Positions 40,062-52,429 of a DNA stretch of 64,000 nucleotides are shown piece after piece. The stretch is from the human T2T-CHM13v2.0 reference genome, Homo sapiens. Both the position numbers and the translations under genes were made by a program. The stretch lies in NCBI RefSeq assembly GCF_009914755.1, contig NC_060928.1. One strand, given 5' to 3'. The notes under the pieces were generated by a model. The model did not search any database. It saw only the letters and a list, made by a program, of their open reading frames with translations, and had not been told where the DNA came from. Position 1 is the first letter of the stretch, and every line of letters starts with the position of its first letter.

Positions 40062-41536
40062 TTTTTTTTTTTTAATTTTTATTTTATGTTCAGGAGTACA
40101 AGTGCAGGTCTGTTACATAGGAAAACCTGTGTCATGGGGGTTTGTTGTATAGATTATTTCATCACCCAGGTTTTAAGCCTAGTACCCTGTAGGGACCAGC
40201 CCCACAGGGTCGGTGGGTCTCTCCCCATGTGCAGAGACGAGAGAGTGTAGAAATAAAGACACAAGACAAAGAGATAAAAGAAAAGGCATTTAGGCCCGGG
40301 GACCACTACCACCAAGTTGCGGAAACCGGTAGTGGCCCCGAATGCCAGGCTGCACTGGTATTTATTGGATACAAAACAAAGGGGCAGGATAAGGAGTGTG
40401 AGTCATCTCCAATGATAGGTAAGGCCACTTGGGTCACGTGTCCACTGGACAGGGGGCCCTTCCCTGCCTAGCAGCCGAGGCAGAGAGAGAGAGGAGACAA
40501 AGAGAAAGACAGCTAATGCCATTATTTCTGCATATCAGAGACTTTTAGTACTTTCACTAATTTACTGCTGCGATCTAGAAGGCAGAGCCAGGTGTACAGG
40601 ATGGAACATGAAGACGGACTAGGAGCGTGACCACTGAAGCACAGGATCACAGGGAGATGGTTAGGCCTCCGGATAACTGCGGGCGAGCCTGACTAATGTC
40701 AGGCCCTCCACAAGAGGTGGAGGAGCAGAGTCTTCTCTAAACTCCCCCTGGGGAAGGGAGACTCCCTTTCCCGGTCTGCTAAGTAGCCGGTGTTTTTCCA
40801 TGACACTGAGGCTACCGCTAGACCATGGTCCGCCTGGCAACGGGCATCTTCCCAGATGCTGACGTTACTGCTAGACCAAGGAGCCCTCTGGTGGCCCTGT
40901 CTGGGCGTAACAGAAGGCTCGCACTCTTGTCTTCTGGTCACTCCTCACTATGTCCCCTCAGCTCCTATCTCTGTATGGCCTGGTTTTTCCTAGGTTATGA
41001 TTATAGAACGAGGATTATTATAATATTGGAATAAAGAGTAAGTACTACTAACTAATGATTAATGATTTTATATATAATCATGTCTATAACCTAGATCTAG
41101 TATAACTATTCTTGTTTTATATTTTATTATACTGGAACAGCTCATGTCCTCGGTCTCTTGCCTCGGCACCTGGGTGGCTTGCTGCCCACAGTACCCATTG
41201 GTAATTTTTCCTGAACTTCCACCTCCTCCCACCCTCTAACCTTCCGAAAGGCCCCAGTGTGTGTTGTTCCCCTCTGTGTGTTCATGTGTTCTCATCATTT
41301 AGCTCCCACTTACAGGTAAAAACATGTAGTATTTGGTTTTCTGTTCCTCTGTTAGTTTGCTAAGGATAATGGCCTCCAACTCCATCCATGTCCCTGCAAA
41401 GGACATGATCTTGTTCTTTTTATGGCTGTATTGTATTCCATGGTGTATATTTACCACATTTTCTTTATCCATTCTATCATTGATGGGAATTTAGGTTGAT
41501 TCCATGTCTTTGCTATTATGAATTGTGCTGCAATGA
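40062..41536 (-). mobile_element. Older L1PA 3' fragment split by the LTR13 insertion (40062-40187 plus 41191-41536)
   Basis: The L1 3' UTR resumes seamlessly (cctagtaccc|attgg) once the LTR is removed. Confidence 0.9.
40188..41190 (-). mobile_element. LTR13-type (ERVK/class II) solo LTR, 1003 bp, with 6-bp TSD GTACCC
   Basis: TG...CA ends; TSD at 40182-40187 and 41191-41196; minus strand starts TGTGGGCAGCAAGCCACCCAGGTGCCGAGGCAAGAGACCGAGG, as I recall for LTR13; minus-strand AATAAA at 40361-40366. Confidence 0.9.
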
Positions 41537-43919
41537 CTTTAAGTGTACCCAGAGGTTAAAAATTTAAGTAGCTTTATATCCACCTTTCCATCATAGCAAG
41601 AGTTGGTTGTGTAGTAATTGTTTTGGATTTGAGTATGCCTCCCAGACTCTGCCTTGTTTCTTCGAACACTGGAAATGAGAGCAACTTCCGTTGAGAGTCA
41701 TCCTTCCACGAGATTTCCAGGGTCCATAGCCACCCTTGCCTGAGCCTTGCTTGTCTGTTGTACCACTCCCCCAACTCTTGGGCCAATACATATTTGAAGG
41801 GCAATTAAATGAACTGAATCTGTTGGAATTGATAAAGGATGGTGTGGAGTGGCTTGTTACATGAGTTTGAGTGACACAAACATGTATGAGGAAAAACTTT
41901 CACCATTTCAGCTATATACATATTCTAGGAAATTAAAGGCAAAAAAAAACCAAAACCTTAGATTAGACATTCAACATTTAATTGAAGTAATTTATGGGAA
42001 TTGCTAACTCTTTATAGATGAATATTGTATGGTAATTATTATTTATTCATTCAGCTAATGTGGGTGAGCACCTTCTATGTACCAAGCAGTTTTCTAAGTC
42101 CTGGCAACTCACTCAGTGCTGAACAAGGGCAAAAGTCCTTGTTCTGTTGCAGTCTATTAGGGGAGACGCGTGATCAGCAAGTGAACAAATAAACCTATTG
42201 CAGGCAGTGAGTGCAGTGAAGAAGAGTAAAGTAGAGGCTGGGCTGATGGAAGCAGGGGAGTGGCCTGAGTGGAATGGTTCTGTTTCACCCCCTGAAGACT
42301 TAGGTTTGTACTTTTCCTGTTTCTGATATCGCGTGTTGATCTGATTTACAATTTCTAAAAACGGGTTTCACTCTCCAATTCCCTGTTCACTTTCTTGGGT
42401 CCAATACCACATGTTCAGCTGATTTCCAGTGTCCAAAATTGCATTTCACGTTCTCATTCTTTGCCCTTGCCAATTTCTTTCTTTTTAATCCCCTGTAGTT
42501 TTAAAGAAGTAAATTGGAAGTGTGTTCAGTTTACCATTTCAATTCAGAATCTTTACTCATAGGTGCTTTAAAAAAAAAAATTGGTGAAACGTTGCCTATG
42601 AATAGATTGATTTGGAAGTTACCATTTTGTAATCTAATATATCTTTTTTGAATCTGTTCATTTTAAAATAGTTGTGAAGAAAATGCTGATTATTAAAATA
42701 CATGTCTGTCATTCTTGGAAATTTAAGACTTTCAGTTGATAGCTGAGAAACCCTCTTTCCCAGAATCTCTAGAAAGCAGCAGCCATAATGATTCCTACAA
42801 ATAAATAAAAAGCCATCTTTAAAAAAAAAAAAGTGCTTGTCAATATAATTGCTACAGGGAGTAGCATTTATTTGAATACCAGTTTACTTGCAAGCAATGA
42901 CAATTATCATGTTTGCAGCTATCAAAGATACATTTATTTAAAGCAATAAATCACTAACATTAAACAAGTCCTAAAGGGTGTTGTTTGTTCTATGTAAGAC
43001 CTTGAAAGATTTTGTATTCTATTTCCCTGAAAATAAAATATGTGTGAGAACTGTTCAGCTCTTGTTAAATGCAACTCATCCTCCAGGATTTAGTTAAAAT
43101 AGACAACCTTTATATAAAATACAAACATCTGTATGATTGATGTTTTCTCTAGATGCCTCTTTTCCTACCCAACGTCCTCTTCCCCTGCAAAAAAGGGACA
43201 GATTATGTCCACGTGCATGCATGTGAGTGTGTGCATGAGTGTTTAAGGTGAATCAAATGAAATTGCTAATATTTGAACATATTTTTGCGAGCTGCAGGAA
43301 GAAAAAAATTCCCTTTGGGTTCTGATAGATTTCTTGGGTATAGTTTTGTTTCAGTACTTTGAAGGAAGGGACTTTATCATATTAATTTTTACCCTGGAAC
43401 TCATAACTTTGTAGGTACTCCATTATTGAATAGTTTTAAAAAATTTTTTTTGTTTTGAGAGTTTGACACAGTAAAGTAGAAGACTACTTTGATCTCTTTT
43501 AACAAGCCCCGGGTTTTTAAAAAAAATTAATAAAACATTTCTTATATAAAATTGTATCAAGCAAACCAGGATAAGCTAATTTTCTGAATTGGCTTCGGCT
43601 TCTGGTATCTATAAGTTAATTATTTGGGTTTTTTTATAATGGTACATTGTAAATAAAATGTTTTTAAAGCTTAATATTTTTCCATAAACGTTAGATAGGT
43701 CATAATAGTGTATCATTCTAATAGGTAAGTGTATAATTCTATAGATTGTTCTAAGAAATACAAAAGAAAATTGTCCTGTTTCTCCCATCCGTGGCTTCTT
43801 TTCCTTTGTCCTGAGGATTTTCCTAGTATCCATCCCAGGCTCTGAATTCTTGGCTATCCTAAGCCCTTTTAAGTCTGTATGATACCTATGGCATTGTCAG
43901 AGTTTTGAGCCCCCTGTAG

Positions 43920-44256
43920 CAGGAGTCTCCACCCCTGGGCCACAGACTGGTACTGGTCCCTGACCTGTTAGGAACTAGGCCGCACAGCAGGAGGCGAGTG
44001 AAAGGTGAGGGAGCATTACCACCTGAGCTCCACCTCCTGTCAAATCAGTGGCAGCATTAGTTTCATAAGAGTGCAAACCCTACTGTGAACTGCATATGCA
44101 AGGGTTCTAAGTTGTGCACTCCCTATGAGACTGTAATGCTTGATGATCTGAGGCAGAACAGTTTCATCCCAAAACTATCCCCCCGCACCCACCAAGAGTG
44201 GAAAAATTGTCTTTCACGAAACCTGCCCCTGGTGCCAAAAAGGTTGGAGACTGCTG
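43920..44256 (+). mobile_element. MER1B (hAT-Charlie non-autonomous DNA transposon)
   Basis: Termini caggagtctccacc / ggttggagactgctg are imperfect TIRs; the ~337-bp body matches my recollection of MER1B. Confidence 0.88.
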
Positions 44257-45967
44257 CCATATATATATATGATTGGTTATAAAATAGTTCTTTATTTTTA
44301 AAAATTGCTCCAATCATCTAGTATAATATAGCATAGAAATTATCTAAAAACCAGTGATACCATTATTGAATCCTTGAAATCTTAAAATGAAATCTTAGAT
44401 GCCATCTGGTTTAGCATTTATGTATTTCTGGTTTTTCAGCTGAGCCTGGATAATTATGTACATCTACTATTTGATCTTTCTGTCTCCTTTATTCTTACAA
44501 TATATGATACGCAGGTATCTTCTATCCTGTGGTTTTTTTTTTAATGCTAGCCGCTACTTATATATCACAAATTAAACTCATGACCCACTAATAGATTAAG
44601 AGTCTGCCAAAAAGCACGCAATATGTCTACACGAAGCACTTTAAAATTATTACAACAAATACTTGTGAAGGTACTTTGTATTTTCTTCCCACTTTTTATT
44701 CTCTGATCATGTATGTGGTAATTATTTGACTTCTATTATTGTCTAAACAGATACTAAATTCAAAACATTTCTGACAATTTCTGGCCCACATTTTTCTTAA
44801 ACCCATGAATCTTTGCTTGTCCAAAGAAATTTAGCAACTACAAGGGGTGGAAAAAAGTAAAATGCATGGTCTATAGGTAATAGTATCATAGTTTATGGTG
44901 AGGCGTGAGGGATGATGGCTAAAGAAAACAGAGGCTGGAAGCTGCAGAATTAACTGGGATGTGCTTCAGAGGACCATGACTTGTTCATTTGCCTTTATAA
45001 TGCAAATCAAAAGGTCAATGCATTGGTAAAACAATGATTCCTGCCTCCCATATATGATAGATATGGGTCATCTCTTGCAATGGTGTTCAGAATTGCTTTA
45101 CTGCTTCTCCAGGAATAAATACATTTTATGGTACAGCACAGACACTCCTACTCATTCCAGAAATAAAAGTTTCATGAAACAGAACGTATTCTTTCTATAA
45201 CTGATGTGCTTTGATAGTTTAACTTATTTTTTAAAAAATACTGGTAGCAAAAGTAAAGTGATTTCCTGACACATAAATCTGAGTCAGTTTGTGCAACACT
45301 GTCCTATTGGACAGAATCTTTGGGTACACCTATCATTATCATTTTCCTTATTGCCAGAGCCCCCCTGTGTAATGAAAAGTCTTATATAGGAGGGATGACA
45401 TAGAGTCCAATCAGAACATGCCATTGCCCAACTGGGCCAGAGAAAACCACTCCGTCTGTCCTTCCAGAAATGTTGTATCTGGGAAAATATATTCACAGAA
45501 TATATTTTTCTGTTGTGCTTTGTTTTAGCAGTTAATAAACTATATCCAAGAACATAAAATTTGTCACTAAATCTTAACAGATAAAAGGAATGTATATAGG
45601 GAATGTTTGATTATGTACAAGAAACATCTAGTATGATTTTTATTTAGCCAAAAGTTTGAATGATGTCATGACTATTATAATAATGACAATAATAGCAGTT
45701 CTCATTTATTGAGTATTTACTCTGTGCCACGGACTTTTATCATCTTTATTGCATTTTATTCTCACAGCTATCCAGTAAAGCAGATATTGTATTTTTCTTT
45801 TTAAGTGAGAAAACTATGACTTAGGGAAGTTAATCACCTTGCCCAAAGTAATACAGCTAGTAAGCATTTAAACATCTGATGTACATACACCCTGTGCTCT
45901 TTACCACTCCCTTTAAAGTCCAGCATGATCTTTGGAAGCAGATGGTCTTGAATCATGTCACTGCCAC

Positions 45968-46269
45968 TTTTTTTTTTTTTTTTTAAGAGACAGAGTCTCA
46001 CTCTTTCACCCATTATGGAGTACATTGTCACAATCACAGTTCATTATAACCTCAAACTCTTGGGCTCAAGCAATCCTCCCACCTCAGCCTCCTGAGTAGC
46101 TAGGACTATAGGTACGCACCACCACAGATGGCTAATTTTTAAAATATTTTGTAGAGATAGGGTCTTGCCACATTGCTCAGGCTGATCTTAAACTCCTGGC
46201 CTCAAGCAATCCTCCTGCCTCAGCCTTCCAAAATGTTAGGATTACAGGCACGAGCCACTGCGCCTGGTC
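45968..46269 (-). mobile_element. Alu (J-type)
   Basis: Diverged Alu reverse complement; flanking tgcca. Confidence 0.9.
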
Positions 46270-47108
46270 TTGCCATCTCTTAATTATATGATGCTGATGC
46301 TGAGCCTTGGTTTCCTCCCTATGAAATGAAAAAGAAAACGCACTTCACAGAGCCATGGTGAGGAGTAAGGAAAGAACTTAGTGTGTAATTAGTAAAGCTA
46401 CTGAATGATAAGAAAACACAGGACTTTTAAAAATAGAAAACCCAGTACTTGAAGAGACTGTGACATCAACAGCTAGAACCCTACCAAAGTGTAAGCTGTT
46501 TCTCCAAAGCATTCCCATAGGAAAGAAGAGTGAACAAACTTCCTTTTTTGCCAACTTGTGGGCTAAAAAATGGTGTTATCAGTTTTCATTTTCATTTATC
46601 ATATCATGTCGTTAATTTTTTAATTGATCTTTTTTATGGATTTGATACATGGAAAATATTCCTTAGAATGTTTGAATTAAATATAGTTATTTCTGCTGAC
46701 TATTTTAGGCATTCACCTGCCCAAAAGGCACAGGAATGAACCAACTGACTTGTTGGAGAATTCTCAGAGCTACCTTTCATTTCCACTCTCATAATAATAA
46801 GCCTTATATCTCATTTACAATAGAAATTTCCCATTTGAAGTTTAGTAATGTCTTTAGTGGTATTAGAACTGGAGTTACAATAAAAACTGTTGCCTCTAAT
46901 TCAACAAGTAAGAGTCATCATTTCCACAGTGACAGAATTCTTTGTGTACCTGCAAGAAATTCAGCTGGTGCTAAAGATACTTGATATGTATTTTTCAATA
47001 AGCAAAATTGTAGGGCATTTAAAAAGAAAGGACCCTAAAACATTCTTTTTGAATACTTGTTTTTAATAAAAGTAGTAGTTTTTACAAAGTATGTCTTTTG
47101 CTTTTCAG

Positions 47109-47245
47109 AACAACTCTTGGAATTTATGCACCAGTTGCCTGCTTTTGCCAATATGACAATGTCAGTGAGGCGAGAACTCTGTGCTGTGATGGTGTTCGCA
47201 GTGGTGGAAAGAGCAGGGACCATAGTGTTAAATGATGGTGAAGAG
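47109..47245 (+). CDS. RAPGEF2: RAPGEF2 coding exon C (137 nt, phase 1-0): EQLLEFMHQ...VLNDGEE, start of cNMP-binding-like domain
   Basis: Acceptor cttttcag|AA, donor GAG|gtgagt; the split codon G|AA joins exon B in frame. Confidence 0.96.
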
Positions 47246-47398
47246 GTGAGTAACTATTCCTACCACTTAAAAAGTTTCTTCTTAAAGATATCTCAATACA
47301 GCAATTGAACAAAACCCCAATTCTTACTTTTTCCTTTTTAATACCCAACAACAGTAAGTTTGAATAATTCAAGAATTATGGTACACCTGTTATGTCAC

Positions 47399-47750
47399 TG
47401 TATTAGTCCATTTTCACACTGCTGATAAAGAAATACCTGAGACTGGGAAGAAAAAGAGGTTTAATTGGACTTACAGTTCCACGTGGCTGGGGAGGCCTCA
47501 GAATCATGGCAGGCGGTGAAAGGCACTTCTTACATGGCAGTGGCAAGAGGAAAAATGAGGAAGATACAAAAGCAGAGACCCCTGATAAAACCATCAGATC
47601 TTGTGAGACTTATTCACTACCAAGAGAACAGTATAGGGGAAACCACCCTCATGATTCAAATTATCTGCCACCAGATCCTTCCCACAACACATGGGAATTA
47701 TGGGAGTATAACTCGAGATTTGGGTGGGGACACAGAGCCACACCATATGA
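47399..47750 (-). mobile_element. THE1 (THE1A-like) MaLR solo LTR, 352 bp, TSD GTCAC
   Basis: tgtattagtccattttcacactgctgataaag...ccatatga; 5-bp TSD at 47394-47398 and 47751-47755. Confidence 0.92.
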
Positions 47751-48220
47751 GTCACTATATTCCAAATCCATTATATTTCCCATTATTTACAGAATTTCAT
47801 ATGAAAATAGAAAGTTTTTGACATATTAACTTTTCAGTTTTTGCATCTTAAATATTCATAAATTTAATGCATTTTGTCAGACAAAATGATATTCTCGTTG
47901 AGGCAATGATGATCATTTTGTCTACATGAGCTTTGGGGGGACAGAGAAATTTTTTTCCTTGTGTCATTTTAGAGAAGAATATCCAAAGTCAAATTAAAAG
48001 GGCATTATGATATACATTCTGTGCTAGGCATATGGAAATATGTAGATATGTGGCTGTGTTTTATTCCTTATTCTGTGAACTTGTTAAACAGTAAACTTGA
48101 GTTACTTGTTTTATCTCCAAAATGGAAGATCTGCTAATTCATTTTTAGGGACCATACTGGCACTTACAGCTGTATGATCATGATGTTACTTTCTGCTTTG
48201 TCTTTATTTTTTTGGATTAG

Positions 48221-48379
48221 CTGGACTCCTGGTCAGTGATTCTCAATGGATCTGTGGAAGTGACTTATCCAGATGGAAAAGCAGAAATACTGTGCATGGG
48301 AAATAGTTTTGGTGTCTCTCCTACCATGGACAAAGAATACATGAAAGGAGTGATGAGAACAAAGGTGGATGACTGCCAG
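48221..48379 (+). CDS. RAPGEF2: RAPGEF2 coding exon D (159 nt, phase 0-0): [10 protein letters not shown]...KVDDCQ, cNMP-binding-like domain core (not in the ORF track)
   Basis: Acceptor tttggattag|CTG, donor CAG|gtataa; 53 codons translated by hand. Confidence 0.95.
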
Positions 48380-48482
48380 GTATAAAATATATCATTAAAA
48401 ATATATATTTTATTCTTAATAAAGAACACTTATATGCCATTGTGATGAGATTTTTCTCCCTATATAAATATCTTACAAATAA

Positions 48483-49094
<612 letters not shown>

Positions 49095-50027
49095 TAGGAT
49101 TTTAATGTGGAACTATTACTTTTAGTCTTATAACACCCCAGAAAAGTAAAAATTAATTTCCATTTTACTTGAACTGCACGTAACTATGTGTTCGACTAAA
49201 AAAAAGTGTTATGTAAGGATGGTATTTTTAAATTGCCAACAGTAATTAATAATCTCATCAAAATATGGAAGTAAAATGCACATTATGAAGTAAATACATT
49301 AATAAAAGTGATATGAAATAGTTATGCAGTGTTTTTATTTAAATACATATAAGAAATTGATTTTAGAAGAGTCATGGAAATTAATCATAGTGTGAATCAG
49401 TAGAATGACTTGCTAGTTAAATAATAGCTAATAAAAAGAAAATACTTGATATCAAAAGAGAAATAGTATCAGTATTGATATTTTATTGATATTCATATTT
49501 AAAAGCATCTAATAATTGACTAGAGAAAATACTAAGGCCAAATGTGAAACTAGATTGATTTAACTGGCAACCACTATATTACAGAGAAATACATTTAAGA
49601 TACTTTTGGTATTATTAGGTGTTTATAATTTATGACGTCTTCTAAAAGAATTTGTCTCTGAAACAAAATTAAATGTAAACAACCAAATGATGTGACTTAA
49701 ACTGTCAGTTGTATTTATTAGTCTGCAGTTTGAAAAACATCTGAATATAGTTTATTTTAAAGTAACATAATTGAATTTTTACAGTGTCCGGTCAATGTAA
49801 AATGGTATCACTCATTTAAATATTCATTTTAAGCATTTTACTTACTAAAAAGAAAAATGACCATGGCTATACATAAAATTATCTTATCTATAGAATCTAA
49901 ATAATTCCACCAGCTAATTCCGTCCATGAGCACCATAGAGGAAAAAAAAAATAAGGCTATGACTTCAGTGTTTTAAATATGTAATGCCAGAAACGCATTC
50001 TAAATATATTTACTTCCCAATTATTTT

Positions 50028-50114
50028 GTATAATAGAGGAAAACAAAATGGTATAAGAGAGGAAAACAAAATGGTTAATTCTCAGTTATGTGGTATAATA
50101 GAGGAAAACAAATG
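50028..50114 (+). repeat. Three copies of a ~23-mer GTATAATAGAGGAAAACAAAATG
   Basis: Copies at 50028-50050, 50051-50073 and 50093-50114. Confidence 0.9.
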
Positions 50115-52145
50115 GTAAATATTGAAGTCTTTATTTAGCGGGAATGGGCATTTAAAGGGAATTATATATGCTGTTTCAGCTCTGTAATTGTACTCTTAAA
50201 AAAAAACTAATCTAAACTGAGTCAAAACAAGCTAGCAAATTGTTAAAGCCTTTTCCTGTCTCCTATTTTCTCAGTTCTTCCCTGAACCCTTCTACATAGT
50301 GGAATTACAATAGTGTTTGAGTTAGAGTGTGTGTCCTTGACGAGCAAGTAAAAGTTTGTTTGTTTTTTTTTTGAGAATTCAGCCATTGCATTAATACCCC
50401 TTAATTAGCCAGACCCTTTTGTTAGAAATTTTGTAAGTATGAGACTGAAATGATATGCGGCATAGAATTGTTTCAGGATAATTGATTGAAATATTATATG
50501 ACTGAATATTACAGAGTGCTTAAGTCATGTCAAATGCACCAGGTAACATTATTTATCTGGGAGTTCTGGAAAAGGAAGAGGAAGTAGGGGTTATGTTAGG
50601 GAAGAGAATCTAATTTATTTACAAAGTGAGGGATTAGTAGGAAACCCAGATAGTCAACAGGGAAGAGTCCAATTCAAAAGAAAACTCTGATTAAGATATA
50701 TAGACTCCTATATAGCTCCTAGTGTGAAGTTAATTATGAAGAGGGTCAAGGGTGAGGTACCTGCTAAAGAAAGTCCCTATCTTCCTTTCTGCTACACTCC
50801 ACACCACTGTAAAAGGAATATGTTAAATCAGGGATTTCGTTCTTGTACTTCCATTGACTCATCTGCTTAGGCCTAGCATTTTATCCCTAAGGAATTCCTT
50901 AAACAGGGATGGAGAATGAATTTTGGCATTTTAATGTAAGTACTTGCTTGGGATACCATTTTAAGGTATTTCTGTTAAAATGTCATATAACTGTCAGAAA
51001 ATACAAATGTTAGCTCATCTCCTTGTTGGGAGAAGTAAAAGAAACAGTGAGAACCATATTTTTATTCATGCATAAAATAGCCTCCATGAGTTTCTATCAT
51101 TTTACTGACCATATTTTAGGGAAGCAAGTTATTGAGTGAAATGAACAAAAATGATGCTATCTTTACCAAGAAAAAACAACTTTGCATAGGCTTTGCCATC
51201 ATTATCTTATATTTCAGGGAGTTCCAAAATGAATATTGGTTTCTGTAGTAAGATGGTTGAGCTCATGTTAAGCCTAAGAACACAATGATGAATGGATTAA
51301 ATTTAAGATTTATTTGTTTGGATCCCATGATATGGTCAAGCTCTTGTTTTGCTCTGGGTCCCTTCCTTATATTCTCTTCCAGTTCTCCCACTTCAGTGTC
51401 TATTCTTACTCCCTGTCTGGTGTGAAAGGACAAAGTTCAGAGCTTGATATACACACCCTATGATACCAGGCAATTGGTAATGGTTTTCCATTACCCACAT
51501 GTACCTCTTTCTTTTCTTTTTCCCTTCTCCTGTTGCCCTTTCTTTATTTCCTCTTTTACCCTCTTACTCCCTTTATTCTTTTCCCTTGTTTTCTTCTCCA
51601 CTGCCTGTGTCTTAGGCCTGCCAGTGACACCCAGGCATTGCTTAGCCCTGCCCTCCACCCTTCAAGTGGGGAATGAACACTTGGATACCCATGTGCACAA
51701 TTAGGTATGAATTTCCCTCACAGACTGCAAAGTGCCAGTTTAAATAGATCTCACCTGTTAAAGCAAATCTATGTTAGACTCACCTCTTCCTGGAATCATA
51801 GGCTCTAATAGCACTTAGAATGTAAGAAACAGTTTTGGATGAGAATACAGTTTGCTGTGGATAAATTGAAAATTGATTACACTATATGTGGTTTGAAGTT
51901 TAATTTTATTTCATTCATCATCTGTAATGTTTTACTTAAATACAAATTATAATGTCATGCCCAAAGGAAAATAATCCTATGATATAAACTGTCATTGACT
52001 TTTATAAGTGAATTCTTACTTGAATTTTTATTTTATACTAGGGTACTGAGATCATATAGTACTTTCATGGGCTTACAGCAATTTGAAACCCATGAGATTT
52101 ACAGAAACTTAAAACCTCAGTAAAGCAATTCAGAGATTTTCTGAA

Positions 52146-52429
<284 letters not shown>

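Noticed and set aside
50028-50114. CRISPR-like repeat-spacer array
   Set aside because: Eukaryotic intron; only three copies, two adjacent with no spacer; no cas genes.
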